DNA from: Scytonema sp. NUACC26
Lineage (GTDB): Bacteria; Cyanobacteriota; Cyanobacteriia; Cyanobacteriales; Nostocaceae
DNA: 64,000 nucleotides
NCBI RefSeq assembly: GCF_045865695.1
Contig: NZ_BAACAP010000234.1
Location: 1 to 64,000 of the forward strand
Reading direction: 5' to 3'
The notes beneath the pieces were generated by a model. That model worked only from the letters and a program-made list of their open reading frames with translations, did no database searches and was not told the origin of the DNA. The position numbers and the translations under genes are program-made. Shown here one piece after another: positions 39,224-50,492 of the stretch; positions within the stretch are counted from its first letter, which is position 1; every line of letters begins with the position of its first letter.

Positions 39224-40108
39224 TTAAGCAAAACGATAATTTTGCGTTTCCCCCATCAGTTCATAGCCCATCGCTTCATACATCCGGGTGCTGAAAGCAT
39301 TATTTTTATCCGCATACAAAAAGCAGTAACGCTGACCGTCATTTAGCAATCTTTGAGTCAGAGCTGCCGTGCAGGTTTTTCCATAGCCTTTCTGGCGATG
39401 TTCTTTTGGAGTGAAGACAATGGAGACTCGAAATCCATTGGCAGTTTGTCCAATTGTGCATCCCATGGAAACGGGTTCGCCATCTTGCCAGAGAAACACA
39501 TGACCGCCATCGATTTGACGAGTTGCCCAAGCCTGACAATCGTTTGGAAGTCTGCCCAAGGCTTCTTCGGAAAAGGCAGCATACCATTGGCTAACGAGAG
39601 AGACATCTGTTTCGGTAGCTTGTCGTAACTGACCTGGTGCCCAGGTGAAGGGGCGAAGCTGTTCTAAGCGGTAGGCACATAGAGTTGTTTCAGGCGTATG
39701 AGGTTGTCCGGCGATTTGTGTCCAGATTTGGGCGAAGCGTTGAGCGATCTCTGGTGGAGCATTTACCATCGACAAAGTGCTATGCCGCTTCAAATGTTCC
39801 GCCAGTAAATCGACTCCGCTCAGATGAGTCAGCATTGAAATGAAAATGGATTTGCCTGAAGGATTTATTGCTACAGCGACGACTTCTTGATTGGACTCTA
39901 AGGTGAGCAGATCGAGGGATTGCTTTAACGGTTCTGGTGGTGTATAAGCGAGTGCATAACAGTGGGATAGGATGGCGTGATGCAACGCTTCGTTACGCAG
40001 TAGGAAATCGCGCACCCGTCGATCAAAACTATAAGCATTCTTATGCTGAATGAGTTCTACGCGATCGCTCACCTTGTTTTTCTCACAAATCAGTGGGTCA
40101 AATAGCAC
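39224..40108 (-). CDS. GNAT family acetyltransferase with an N-terminal domain of unknown function.
   Basis: C-terminal GNAT core RQKGYGKTCTAALTQRLLNDGQRYCFLYADKNNAFSTRMYEAMGY. Confidence 0.7.
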   Translation of the reverse strand: MLFDPLICEKNKVSDRVELIQHKNAYSFDRRVRDFLLRNEALHHAILSHCYALAYTPPEPLKQSLDLLTLESNQEVVAVAINPSGKSIFISMLTHLSGVDLLAEHLKRHSTLSMVNAPPEIAQRFAQIWTQIAGQPHTPETTLCAYRLEQLRPFTWAPGQLRQATETDVSLVSQWYAAFSEEALGRLPNDCQAWATRQIDGGHVFLWQDGEPVSMGCTIGQTANGFRVSIVFTPKEHRQKGYGKTCTAALTQRLLNDGQRYCFLYADKNNAFSTRMYEAMGYELMGETQNYRFA

Positions 40109-40231
40109 TCTTTGATTATTGAACTGTAGGTAGGGCTAAAGCCCACCCTACAGTACTACCCTCTTGCTAACGGGCGAGACGCCCGTTTCACAAGAAATTC
40201 TTGGAGATTTTTTTCTTTGGAAGTCCCTAAG

Positions 40232-41656
40232 CTAAATTTCGACTTCTGAAACTAAAGTAGTCTGAGACTTGGCAGGTAAAACATTTCGCATAATGTCAAC
40301 AATTGACCGACTTCGTGGTTCTCGAACAAAAAGCAAAGGCAGTAGGGCAATTAATCGCAAAACAGCCGAAAGAGCAAACAGTCCGGGTAAACCCCCAATA
40401 ATATTTAGCCCAGCTACAAAGCCACCAAATGCTGAACCTAGACCTCCACAAACTCCAGCAACAGCAGCCGCAATGGCAAAATACTGAGAAGGACGATCGA
40501 GTGGTGCTACTGACATTTGAATATTACTGCTGCATAACTCAATGGCTGCTATGGAACCACCAGTTACTAAATGGATTGTTGGTAACAAGACCCATAGAGA
40601 AACGGAATCGACACCAACAAACAGCCAAAATATTGGTGTTACTGCCATCAAAATTCCAACTAACAGTAAAAGCGGACGGTTTCCTATTCTGTCAGCTAAC
40701 TTACCCCACAACACAAGCAGGACTAAGTTAGCACCTGCTGCTAAACTGGTATAAAGCGTGACTGTATTTAGATCCAACGCTAAATCTCTCATCATATAAA
40801 GATTAAAGAATGGTGCGCTCAAATTGAGTGCAAACGTCCACAGACCTAAGTACAATAGTAATTTGATAAAGTTAACGTCTTTGAAAATACTTGTCTTTTG
40901 AGGTTGACTGTCTTTATTCTCTTGCGGATTGGGTAAAGTTTCAGCATGAGTCACTTGTGGATTCACATCTTGCATCCAAAACTGACATATCAAACTTACT
41001 ATCCCAAGAATGATTCCACCCAACAGCATCACTCCAAAACCTTGAATTGTACCACCAGGCCAAGCGGATATGCCAAAGCCTAGCAACGGTAGACACAATA
41101 AGTTTGTTAGGCTTGCGGTACTATTGCGAAAACCAAAATATCTTCCTCGCAACTGTTTAGGAACTAAAGCTGCCATCCAGCTGAACCAAGCTGAAGAACC
41201 TAAAGCACTTAATACATTAGCAATAAAGATGATACTTAATGTTAGCGTAACTAGTTGATGGTTCTTGGAAGACCCCATCCACGCAATACCTAATAATAAA
41301 ATGAACCATAACAGCCTTGATGGAGCAAAAATGGCTAGCACGTACCAATGACGGCTCTTAGTACGATCTGCAATGAATGCTCCTAGTGGTTGTAAAAAGT
41401 TAACCAGCATGGGAATTGACGATAGCAACCCGATTTCTACTGGTGTTGCACCTAGTTCTAGAAGAAAGTTCACCAGCAAGACACCACTTGTAATGTTGGA
41501 GAAGATAGCAGCTAAGATGCCATCTATCGTGGATGCTGTCAGGCTAGTTCTTATGCCTTGTTTAGAAATTTTTGCGATCGCATTCTTTTTTTGTACTGGT
41601 GTTAAGCTAGGAAGAGGTTCCAGCGCTTCTAAAGTAGCAGAAGATAAATTGTTCAC
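40232..41656 (-). CDS. MFS transporter.
   Basis: 12 to 14 hydrophobic segments, MFS-type loop motifs, 474 aa. Confidence 0.85.
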   Translation of the reverse strand: MNNLSSATLEALEPLPSLTPVQKKNAIAKISKQGIRTSLTASTIDGILAAIFSNITSGVLLVNFLLELGATPVEIGLLSSIPMLVNFLQPLGAFIADRTKSRHWYVLAIFAPSRLLWFILLLGIAWMGSSKNHQLVTLTLSIIFIANVLSALGSSAWFSWMAALVPKQLRGRYFGFRNSTASLTNLLCLPLLGFGISAWPGGTIQGFGVMLLGGIILGIVSLICQFWMQDVNPQVTHAETLPNPQENKDSQPQKTSIFKDVNFIKLLLYLGLWTFALNLSAPFFNLYMMRDLALDLNTVTLYTSLAAGANLVLLVLWGKLADRIGNRPLLLLVGILMAVTPIFWLFVGVDSVSLWVLLPTIHLVTGGSIAAIELCSSNIQMSVAPLDRPSQYFAIAAAVAGVCGGLGSAFGGFVAGLNIIGGLPGLFALSAVLRLIALLPLLFVREPRSRSIVDIMRNVLPAKSQTTLVSEVEI

Positions 41657-42075
41657 TAAAATTAAGTTAATAAGCTACAAAATTAGGTGAGTAAAGACTG
41701 ACCATACCAGTGCTAGAGCTTCTACACTGAAGCTTAGCGCGACCGTCCCCGCTTATGTAACGGTCAGCAGTATGATACATTTTTCAATCTATCGAAACAT
41801 TAACTTAAAGTAAAATTCTTCCAAAGGATGAAATACCATTGTAGATTGTTTATTTTTGTTAAGCTTCTTTGAGGAAGGTTGATGGGATGGCAGTAGTTTT
41901 TATCTGAGAAAAGCACAGGGCACAGGGCAGAAGGGAGGAATAAGTATTGAAGGAGAGATGTGGCTGGAGTCACGGAACTGACAAAAATGTTAGCGCTAAG
42001 AAACTTTAAAAGTTTTTTGCGATTTAGGAATTCAGTGAGACAATCAAACCTAATTCTTTTCAACTCAAGTAAGAC

Positions 42076-42351
42076 ATGGACGAGCGCACAAAAGCTATTC
42101 AAGCCCTCACTGCTCAACGCTGGCGCGTATCGCTGATCCTAAGTGGAGCCATGATGTTAATCTACTTTGGCTTCATTCTGCTGATTGCTTTCAATAAACC
42201 GTTATTGGGTTCATCGATCGTTCCAGGACTCAGTCTTGGTATTTTGTTGGGAGCACTGGTGATTGTCTCAGCATGGATATTAATTTTTCTTTACGTGCGC
42301 TGGGCAAACAATAATTACGATGACAAAATTGCAAGACTGACACGTAAATAA
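42076..42351 (+). CDS. DUF485 inner-membrane protein (YjcH-like), the usual partner of ActP.
   Basis: Two TM helices, sits immediately upstream of the cation/acetate symporter. Confidence 0.7.
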   Translation: MDERTKAIQALTAQRWRVSLILSGAMMLIYFGFILLIAFNKPLLGSSIVPGLSLGILLGALVIVSAWILIFLYVRWANNNYDDKIARLTRK

Positions 42352-42430
42352 AGGCTAGTGGTTTGTCAAACAACCAATAACTCACAATTGTTTAATTCTT
42401 AAATCCAAAATTACAAATCCAACATCAATT

Positions 42431-44005
42431 ATGAATAGTTTGTGGTGTCACCTGCCACTGGCTGAAGTGGATCTTAAAAACCTCGGTCACTTCAACCCAC
42501 TGGCAATATTTTTTTTCTTAGTGTTTGTCGCTAGTTCTCTTGTTATTACTTACTGGGCTGCAAAGCGTACCAACAGCACATCTCACTTCTACACTGCTGG
42601 TGGTAATGTCAGCGGTTTCCAAAATGGGCTGGCTTTAGCAGGAGACTTCATGAGCGCCGCTAGCTTTTTGGGGATTGCTGGACTCGTCGCACTCAATGGC
42701 TTTGATGGTCTTATTTATTCTATCGGCTTTTTGGTGGGTTGGCCGATCCTTATGTTCTTAGTCGCAGAACCTCTGCGTAATTTAGGCAAGTACACCTTTG
42801 CTGATGTGGTGGCTTATCGTTTGCGACAAGCACCAGTGCGAATAGCTGCTGCGATTGGTTCATTAGCAACGATCAGCTTCTACTTAATTGCCCAAATGGT
42901 AGGTGCTGGCGAACTTGTGAAGCTGCTATTTGGGTTTGACTATGAATTAGCTGTTGTCATCGTCGGTTGCGTGATGATGGCTTACGTGATTTTCGGTGGG
43001 ATGATAGCCACAACTTGGGTACAAATTATTAAGGCTATTCTATTGCTGGGTGGAACTATTTTACTCGCCATTTTGGTATTATCAAAATTTGGCTTTAACC
43101 CATTGGTACTTTTTAGCAGTGCAGCTGCTAAATATGGAGCAGGTGTGTTGGCTCCTGGTAAACAAGTTTCCGATCCCTTCGATGCGATCTCTTTGGGAAT
43201 GTCGTTGATGTTTGGGACAGCAGGATTACCCCACATCCTGATGCGGTTCTACACAGTACCCGATGCTAAGTCAGCGCGAATTTCTGTAACATATGCTACA
43301 GCTTTTATTGGTGTTTTTTACCTTCTCACCTTTATTCTTGGCTTTGGAGCGATGGTGCTAGTCGGTCAAGATGCAATCAAGCAAATTGGGACTGGTGGTA
43401 ACATGGCAGCACCAATGCTAGCTGACTTCTTGGGTGGTGATGCCTTTTTAGGCTTTATTGCTGCTGTTTCCTTCGCGACGATTTTGGCGGTTGTTGCGGG
43501 GTTAACTCTTTCGGGTGCAGCGGCATTGTCTCACGATTTGTGGGTGAATGTGGTAAAATCTGGCCATGCTAGCGAGACGGAACAGCTGAAGGTGGCTCGT
43601 TTTGCAACTATGATGTTGGGAGCATTAGCGATATTGTTAGGTATCTTGTTTAAGGGGCAAAACGTTGCTTATATGGTGGGTTTAGCATTTGCGATCGCTG
43701 CCAGTGGAAACTTCCCCGCGTTGCTTTTATCAATGCTTTGGCGACGCTTCACTACCAATGGTGCAGTAGCCAGTATGTTGGTGGGTACTCTCTCCTCTTT
43801 GGTGCTGATTTATTTCTCACCCACAATTCAGGTGACTATCCTCAAGCATGCTTCTGCACCCTTCCCATTGAAAAATCCAGGGTTAATCAGCATTCCTCTG
43901 GCATTTTTGGTAGGTATTGTCGTTTCACTTTTAACTAGCGAACAACAAGCACAGGAAAAATTTGCAGAAGTTGAAAACCGCATTCATATTGGTTTTGACA
44001 ATTAA
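42431..44005 (+). CDS. actP: Cation/acetate symporter ActP (sodium:solute symporter family).
   Basis: SSF-family topology and motifs, DUF485 gene directly upstream, 524 aa. Confidence 0.85.
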   Translation: MNSLWCHLPLAEVDLKNLGHFNPLAIFFFLVFVASSLVITYWAAKRTNSTSHFYTAGGNVSGFQNGLALAGDFMSAASFLGIAGLVALNGFDGLIYSIGFLVGWPILMFLVAEPLRNLGKYTFADVVAYRLRQAPVRIAAAIGSLATISFYLIAQMVGAGELVKLLFGFDYELAVVIVGCVMMAYVIFGGMIATTWVQIIKAILLLGGTILLAILVLSKFGFNPLVLFSSAAAKYGAGVLAPGKQVSDPFDAISLGMSLMFGTAGLPHILMRFYTVPDAKSARISVTYATAFIGVFYLLTFILGFGAMVLVGQDAIKQIGTGGNMAAPMLADFLGGDAFLGFIAAVSFATILAVVAGLTLSGAAALSHDLWVNVVKSGHASETEQLKVARFATMMLGALAILLGILFKGQNVAYMVGLAFAIAASGNFPALLLSMLWRRFTTNGAVASMLVGTLSSLVLIYFSPTIQVTILKHASAPFPLKNPGLISIPLAFLVGIVVSLLTSEQQAQEKFAEVENRIHIGFDN

Positions 44006-44322
44006 GGTTAGGCGTTCCTGTTAATATCTCTTTCACTTCAAGACTGTTACAACAATTGAAGGGGAAAGCCCACGAGACTAGGACTCTACGCCGTGCTACG
44101 AGTCTTAGTAATCCTTGAGGCGTGGGATGAACCCAAATCAAATAGGATTGCTATATAAACACAAATTTATTATGATTACAATTCGCGCAAATACGCCAAG
44201 ACGCTATATTTGCGTAATTTTCATGTGACGGAATGATATTTATGCATAAGCTGATTTTGCCTAACGCTATTTAAATACGTAGGTGAATAAATAGCTTAAG
44301 CAGTTCTAGATAACTTCCGATT

Positions 44323-47300
44323 ATGTCCAAGCACGAGTTTCAGCGTAATTTTGCCGTCATTATTGGGATTAATGATTATTCAAATGGCATCCCACCTTTA
44401 GAAACGGCGGTTCCTGATGCTCGCAAACTCGCTGAGATTCTAGAAGATTACAAATATAGCGTGCGGCTTCTTCTAAACCAAGAAGCTTCTCTGGAAGGAC
44501 TAAACCAACTACTTGCTGCTTTTCACGCACAGAAAATTCCTCTTGCTCAAGAAACGATCGCACTCAATGAAAATGATAGGATTGTATTTTACTTTGCCGG
44601 ACACGGGCTTGCTTTAGATGCATTAGAAAATGAAGAAGGTCCGGCTGGCTATCTCGTACCTGCTGAAGCTCGACCCGGTAATATCAATACTTACCTGCAG
44701 ATGCAGAAACTACATGATGCTCTGCTTGCGCTACCTTGCAAACATTTGTTGGTTATCCTTGATTGCTGCTTTGCAGGCGCATTCCGTTGGTCAAGTCACA
44801 AAAGAAATGTCGTGCGTTTGCCAGTTGTCTACCAAGAACGTTACGATCGCTTCATCCAAGACCGAGCTTGGCAAGTCATAGCATCTGCGGCTGACGATGA
44901 GAAGGCTTTGGATTTTGTTGCATCTCGTGGAACTGTAGAACATCACTCTCCTTTTGCTACAGCACTGTTTCAAGCATTACGCGGTGATGCCGATATTTTT
45001 TTACCAGTTCAAGATGGCACACCAACTGGGGATGGAGTCATTACAGCAACAGAACTCTACGTTTATCTGGGGGCGAAATTGGCGACAATGACTCAAAAAC
45101 TCCACAGTCGCCAAACTCCTGGTTTATATCACTTAGCAAAACATGACAACGGGGAATACATTTTTCTAGTTCCCGGTCACAAATTGAACTTACCATCTGC
45201 TCCTCAATTGAATCTTGAGAATAACCCTTATCGAGGTCTAGAATCCTTTGATGAGGCTCATAGCGATTTGTTTTTTGGCAGAAAGCAATTAACACAAGAG
45301 TTGAGTCAAGTGGTTTGCGATCGCCAACTGACGGTAGTCTTAGGAGCTTCAGGAACAGGTAAATCCAGCCTTGTGAAAGCCGGATTATTGCCCTACTTGC
45401 GTAAATCTACTACAGATCAGTGGCATATTATTGACCCAATTCGTCCCGGTATCTCTCCAATAACTGCGCTTTCTCTTGTTCAAAAGCAACTCTCAACCCC
45501 GAAAGAGAAAAAACTGCCACTGCTTGATGTTGTAACTACTTGGTGCAATGCCAATCCTCAAAGCAAACTACTGCTTGCAATCGACCAATTTGAAGAATTA
45601 GTGACCATGTGTCAAAACGATAAGGAGCGATCGCAATTTTTCAAAGAACTGGAACAAGCACTGACTCAACCGCAATTCCATATTGTCATCACATTACGCT
45701 TGGACTTTGAACCACAATTTTTAACGTCTGCTTTTCCCAGTCGTTGGAGGAATGCCCGATTTATGATACCCCCAATGACTCAAAACGAGCTTCGAGAAGT
45801 CATTGAAAAACCAGCAGCAGAACAAGTGCTTTATTTTGAACCACCACAATTGGTAGAGCAATTAATTAATGAAGTGGTTCAGATGCCTGGAGCACTCCCA
45901 CTACTTTCTTTTACTCTGAGCGAACTTTATTTGAAATATTTAAACCGTCGAGGCGATAACCGCGCTCTCACAGAACAAGATTATAACGATTTGGGAGGAG
46001 TTGCTGGCTCTCTTACCCGTAGAGCTACCCAAGAATATGAAAAGTTAGTAAAAATGGATTCAGCTTACGACTACACTATTCGTAAAGTTATGTTGCGAAT
46101 GGTGACTGTAGATGGCGGTGCGATGGCTCGCCGACGAGTCCCTTTGCGCGAATTTGAGTATCCCAATGCAGAAGATAACGAGCGAGTTGAAGAAATTATT
46201 CAACGCTTTACCGATGCTCGATTGATTGTGAGTGGAAAAGAAGTTAATGGGGAACCTTACGTAGAACCAGCTCATGATGCTTTAGTGTTGGGATGGAATC
46301 TTTTACAAAAGTGGAAAGACGATAAGCATCAAAATGAGAGTGTAGTGCTACGCCAACGTCTAACGCTTGCAGCTAATGATTGGTATAACAACGATCGCAA
46401 ATCGGACTATCTCTGGAGTCACGATCCCCGCATTGCCGTGTTAGAAAAAGTCTTAGAATATCCTCCTCAGAAGAACTGGTTGAATCAACTAGAAACAGAA
46501 TTTGTAAAAAGTAGCATTCACAAAAGACAAGATGAACTTGAAGAAGCCAGAGAGCGTTGGCGAATCTCACAAGAACGACAGCAAATTGCTCAGGCTCGCC
46601 TATTAGCAACTCAAGCCCAATTGATACAAAGAGAGGATATTAGTTTATTACAATTGAGTACTTTGCTAGCTGTTGAATCTATGAAACGGTTCAACAAGCT
46701 GGAAATGAGATATCTTTTAGCAGATCAAACCCTACGTCAAGGGTTAGCTTTGCTTCCACGCTCCATCGCTCGTATTAATAAACAGAACCAGCAGAATTAT
46801 ACTTGTTCAAATTCATTAGCTTTTTGTTCTGATGGCAAACATATAGCGATCGCTAATGATGCCATAAGACTGTTAGAAATAAAAAGCGGTCAAGAAGTGG
46901 CTAGTCTGGAGTATGAAAAAAATGTAACTGTTGCTACCTTAAGTCCAGATGGTAACTATGCTGCTACTTACTGTGCTGCTACTTGCGCTCAGAAGGGAGT
47001 CGTCAAAGTTTGGCAGTTAAAAAACCAACAATTAATTGCAGAAATAGTTCGTGCCGAACCCGTACAGTATATTATTTTCAGCCCCAATAGCCAATATATA
47101 CTTATTGTGAGCGGAGGTTTTAGAGGTGTATGGCAATTGACCGATTCTTCAGATGTCATACCTGTAGCATTACCATTGTTAAAATTGCCAGATTTTTCTA
47201 GCGCTCAAGAGCCAATTTCTTTCAGTCCCGATGGCAAATATCTAGCTGAATTTGTTGAAGATAGCCCTGGTTCCGGAGAAGGTAGAAGACAAGTTTGGAA

Positions 47301-48930
47301 ACTTTCTAGTAGGCGGCGAGTTATCAACGAAACAGTAAATTTATCTTCACCTTCTAGCTCTGAAGTCAATTTAGCTGTTTCCGAAAATATCGACGATATA
47401 GCATTTAGTTCAGATGGTCAATTTTTTGCGGCAACAGTGACTCTAACTACTATAAAAGTATGGAAAATTCCTAGTGGTAGAGAAGTTATGACTATGGAGC
47501 ATAATGCATGGATTAATACGATTGCAGTGAGCTTTAATGGTCAGTATATAGCGGTTGGAGACAGAAAAGGAGAAGCAATTGTTTGGGAGGTTCCTCACGG
47601 TTATCAAGTGGCATATATCAAAGATAACCCGACAACTTGGTTGGGTCGTGTTATTTTTAGTCCCGATGGAAATCATTTAGCTACTGTTGGTAAGGGATTT
47701 AATAAAATTGCCAGAGTTTATCACGTGTTTCGCGGTCAAGAAGTTGCCCGCTTGCTTCATGAAAATTATGTTGTCAATATTGCCTTTAGTCGAGATGGTA
47801 AGTATATAGCAACTCAGGAAGATTCCAATCCAGAAAAAGGGTATAGCGATACTGTACGCCTATGGCAAATCGTTGATAACTTTGATGGTAAAATTGCGAT
47901 TGAGCTTGACCTTGAGAACTTTATAAATAGCATCACTACAAGTTCTCGCGGTAAGTATTTGGGGATGACTTGCAGTCAAGCTAGTGGGTTACAAGTTTAT
48001 GATATGGAGCATTATCAGAAGGTAAGATTTATTCATCATGAAGGAGCACATTATGCTGCCTTTAGTACAGATGAAAAATTGGTAGCTACTGTTGGTGAAG
48101 ATCGAACGGTAAAACTTTGGGAGTTAGCCAGCGGTGAGGAATTGCTAGCAATCGAACATAATGCACCCGTTATTGCGATCGCCTTTAGTCAAGATGCAAA
48201 GTTTTTAACTACATTGGTTCACCTGACAACTATATATAGAGACAACATTGAAGTTTTAATTTGTGATGTTATTGTGTGGGACATTACAACTTATCAACAA
48301 GTTGACAAATTAGAAAATATAAAGTTCATCAGCATGAGTCCTGATGGAAATTATTTAGTGATTCTTCCGGAAAATGCAAACTTTTTGGATAAAAATTTAT
48401 TAATTATAAAAGTTGTAGGAAGAAAAGAAGTGACACGGATAACGCTAGATAATGAGGGATTAAGTGAATTTATCCTAAGTACAGATGGAAAGTACTTGGC
48501 TGGTTTTGGCGGATTTTATGGCTCGGATACATCCGTAGATAGTGATGGATTCATCCAAGTGTGGGACTTGTCCGGTGAAGAAGTTTTACCCGTTATAAAA
48601 CTCGGTAGATCGGTAACAAAAGTAGTTTTCAGCCCAGGGAGTCGTTTCTTAGCAGCAGCTGTTGGTGGTGATACTGTAAGAATATGGGATTTAATAAGTA
48701 AGCAAGAAGTGTCACGTATTGAAGTATATGGCGGTATAAATCATATTATTTTTAGCTGGGACAGCGAACATTTAGTGACTGTTAATTGTTTAAACAAAGT
48801 TCAAATCTGGAATTTACAGCCAGAAATTTTAATTGAAGAGGCTTGCAGTCGATTGACTTGCAATCTAACTTTAGAAGAGTGGAATTTGTATTTAGGCGAA
48901 CCTTATCAAAAAACTTGCCCTAATGTCTAG
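44323..48930 (+). CDS. STAND NTPase: N-terminal caspase (peptidase C14) domain, central NACHT-type ATPase and C-terminal WD40/beta-propeller repeats (1535 aa).
   Basis: C14 signature AVIIGINDY, catalytic His (FAGHGLA) and Cys (LVILDCCFAG). NACHT lead-in NNPYRGLESFDEAHSDLFFGRK. Walker A GASGTGKSSLVKAGLLP, Walker B LLLAIDQFEE. Many FSPDGKYLA and VKVWQL repeats. Confidence 0.85.
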   Translation: MSKHEFQRNFAVIIGINDYSNGIPPLETAVPDARKLAEILEDYKYSVRLLLNQEASLEGLNQLLAAFHAQKIPLAQETIALNENDRIVFYFAGHGLALDALENEEGPAGYLVPAEARPGNINTYLQMQKLHDALLALPCKHLLVILDCCFAGAFRWSSHKRNVVRLPVVYQERYDRFIQDRAWQVIASAADDEKALDFVASRGTVEHHSPFATALFQALRGDADIFLPVQDGTPTGDGVITATELYVYLGAKLATMTQKLHSRQTPGLYHLAKHDNGEYIFLVPGHKLNLPSAPQLNLENNPYRGLESFDEAHSDLFFGRKQLTQELSQVVCDRQLTVVLGASGTGKSSLVKAGLLPYLRKSTTDQWHIIDPIRPGISPITALSLVQKQLSTPKEKKLPLLDVVTTWCNANPQSKLLLAIDQFEELVTMCQNDKERSQFFKELEQALTQPQFHIVITLRLDFEPQFLTSAFPSRWRNARFMIPPMTQNELREVIEKPAAEQVLYFEPPQLVEQLINEVVQMPGALPLLSFTLSELYLKYLNRRGDNRALTEQDYNDLGGVAGSLTRRATQEYEKLVKMDSAYDYTIRKVMLRMVTVDGGAMARRRVPLREFEYPNAEDNERVEEIIQRFTDARLIVSGKEVNGEPYVEPAHDALVLGWNLLQKWKDDKHQNESVVLRQRLTLAANDWYNNDRKSDYLWSHDPRIAVLEKVLEYPPQKNWLNQLETEFVKSSIHKRQDELEEARERWRISQERQQIAQARLLATQAQLIQREDISLLQLSTLLAVESMKRFNKLEMRYLLADQTLRQGLALLPRSIARINKQNQQNYTCSNSLAFCSDGKHIAIANDAIRLLEIKSGQEVASLEYEKNVTVATLSPDGNYAATYCAATCAQKGVVKVWQLKNQQLIAEIVRAEPVQYIIFSPNSQYILIVSGGFRGVWQLTDSSDVIPVALPLLKLPDFSSAQEPISFSPDGKYLAEFVEDSPGSGEGRRQVWKLSSRRRVINETVNLSSPSSSEVNLAVSENIDDIAFSSDGQFFAATVTLTTIKVWKIPSGREVMTMEHNAWINTIAVSFNGQYIAVGDRKGEAIVWEVPHGYQVAYIKDNPTTWLGRVIFSPDGNHLATVGKGFNKIARVYHVFRGQEVARLLHENYVVNIAFSRDGKYIATQEDSNPEKGYSDTVRLWQIVDNFDGKIAIELDLENFINSITTSSRGKYLGMTCSQASGLQVYDMEHYQKVRFIHHEGAHYAAFSTDEKLVATVGEDRTVKLWELASGEELLAIEHNAPVIAIAFSQDAKFLTTLVHLTTIYRDNIEVLICDVIVWDITTYQQVDKLENIKFISMSPDGNYLVILPENANFLDKNLLIIKVVGRKEVTRITLDNEGLSEFILSTDGKYLAGFGGFYGSDTSVDSDGFIQVWDLSGEEVLPVIKLGRSVTKVVFSPGSRFLAAAVGGDTVRIWDLISKQEVSRIEVYGGINHIIFSWDSEHLVTVNCLNKVQIWNLQPEILIEEACSRLTCNLTLEEWNLYLGEPYQKTCPNV

Positions 48931-48933
48931 GAA

Positions 48934-49040
48934 ATGGGGATTGGGGATTGGGGAACTCGGAGTCCCCTCCTTGTTGAGGGGCAATGGGGATTGGGGATTG
49001 GCGATTGGCGATTGGCGATTGGCGATTGGCGATTGAGTTT
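48934..49040. repeat. Heptamer tandem repeats (GGGGATT / GGCGATT).
   Basis: gggattggggattgggg...ggggattggggattggcgattggcgattggcgattggcgattggcgattg. Confidence 0.85.
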
Positions 49041-49382
49041 TGGAGCGAAGCAACTTTACCTTTTTAGCTTGTTGACTAACTCCCCTGGCAAAAGCCTAGG
49101 GGATTCTTCAGCGTTGAATTAGATTTGGTTGTCCACAGTTTATAAGGTGGCCCCATTTTTTCTTGCCCAATTCTAGCCCTTGCCTTAAGGACGGCAGAAA
49201 CACTTCGCCACGCTTCGTGTTTCACCCTCAAGGGTTTTCAGCCGTTTTTCCTATAATATTTACTTAAGTAAGTCAGCAAGAATAGACAGAATTGTGTAAA
49301 GATGTGTAAATAAGGGTGAAATCTTTACTGATGACCAATGACAAATGACGAAGACTGACTAGTTAACTTTAATTGTGCTGAC

Positions 49383-49835
49383 CTACTCACTGTAAGCTTT
49401 GCCTTGTAAAACTAAAACCGAACAAGGGGCGTTGTGAAGGACATAACTGCTGACACTCCCTAACAAAACTTCCGTAAAACCTCTAAAACCTCGGCGACCA
49501 AGTACGATCAAATCAGCCTTCCAACTTTTTGCTAAATTGCAAATTGCTTTTCCTGGTTCTCCCACTCGACATGAGGACTCTACTATAACTCCTTGCTCTT
49601 GCGCCTTTCTCTGGTAGGTTTTAAGTAGTTCTTCGCCTTCTTGAGTTTTTTCTTTAATTTCAGATGGAAAAGTGAGTTTTGAGCCAAAATCCACACAGTT
49701 GAAGATCGTTAAGCTAGCTGAGTCCTTTTTGGCTAATTCTAAAGCTTCCTCAAATACCATCTGTGTTTCAGGAGATGCATCAAGAGCTACTAAAATTTTT
49801 TTAAAACTCACGGACAACCTCCTATTGCGTAGCAA
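49383..49835 (-). CDS. Universal stress protein (UspA family).
   Basis: ILVALDASPET... and C-terminal ATP-binding motif LIVLGRRGFRGFTEVLLGSVSSYVLHNAPCSVLVL. Confidence 0.85.
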   Translation of the reverse strand: MLRNRRLSVSFKKILVALDASPETQMVFEEALELAKKDSASLTIFNCVDFGSKLTFPSEIKEKTQEGEELLKTYQRKAQEQGVIVESSCRVGEPGKAICNLAKSWKADLIVLGRRGFRGFTEVLLGSVSSYVLHNAPCSVLVLQGKAYSE

Positions 49836-49875
49836 CCTTCTTTAGTTGTTATTTTCCTACAAAAACGGCTCTCGG

Positions 49876-50391
49876 CTATTTTTTCTTTGAAATCACCTCA
49901 AAATTGAAAGAAGCAATACAGCGATCGTTTACGTAAATTTCTATAGTATGCTTACCAGTCGGATCGCCGGGAGTAATAGTCCAAAAATTTTCAATCGTTC
50001 CTTTTTTTGCTTGCTGTATGCGTTTTGTGACTGCTTCTGTCCCGTTGGTTGATAGTGAAAAGTCTTCTCCGCTATCTGTACTCCATGTCTCTGGTACTTT
50101 AGGTAATTTGATAACTTCACGCCATGTCACCGCACCGTGGTAGTTTTTGAGATGAATTCGCCATCCGTATTTGTTTCCTTCTTTTAATATCACCTTACTT
50201 GTAGGTATAAAGGTAGCTTTACGACTATTGTTATCTCTTAAAACTCCAAACTCCGCTTTATTGACAGTAATAGATTTAACATTCGCTGGTTGCGAATAGA
50301 CTATATCGTTAATTGTAAAAGAAGCAATACTCCAAGGAATTAATCCGCAAGTGGTTAGTACAATAAAGTAAGACCAATGTTTTCTTTGCAT
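49876..50391 (-). CDS. Hypothetical secreted protein with an N-terminal signal peptide.
   Basis: ORF plus hydrophobic N-terminus. No recognisable motif. Confidence 0.45.
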   Translation of the reverse strand: MQRKHWSYFIVLTTCGLIPWSIASFTINDIVYSQPANVKSITVNKAEFGVLRDNNSRKATFIPTSKVILKEGNKYGWRIHLKNYHGAVTWREVIKLPKVPETWSTDSGEDFSLSTNGTEAVTKRIQQAKKGTIENFWTITPGDPTGKHTIEIYVNDRCIASFNFEVISKKK

Positions 50392-50492
50392 GAGTTTCTT
50401 ATCCTATCATGCTAACTATTCATCAATAAAAAATATTATTTTTTTGATAAAATGACGACACTTTATAGAGATTTTATACAAACGGTCACTGG

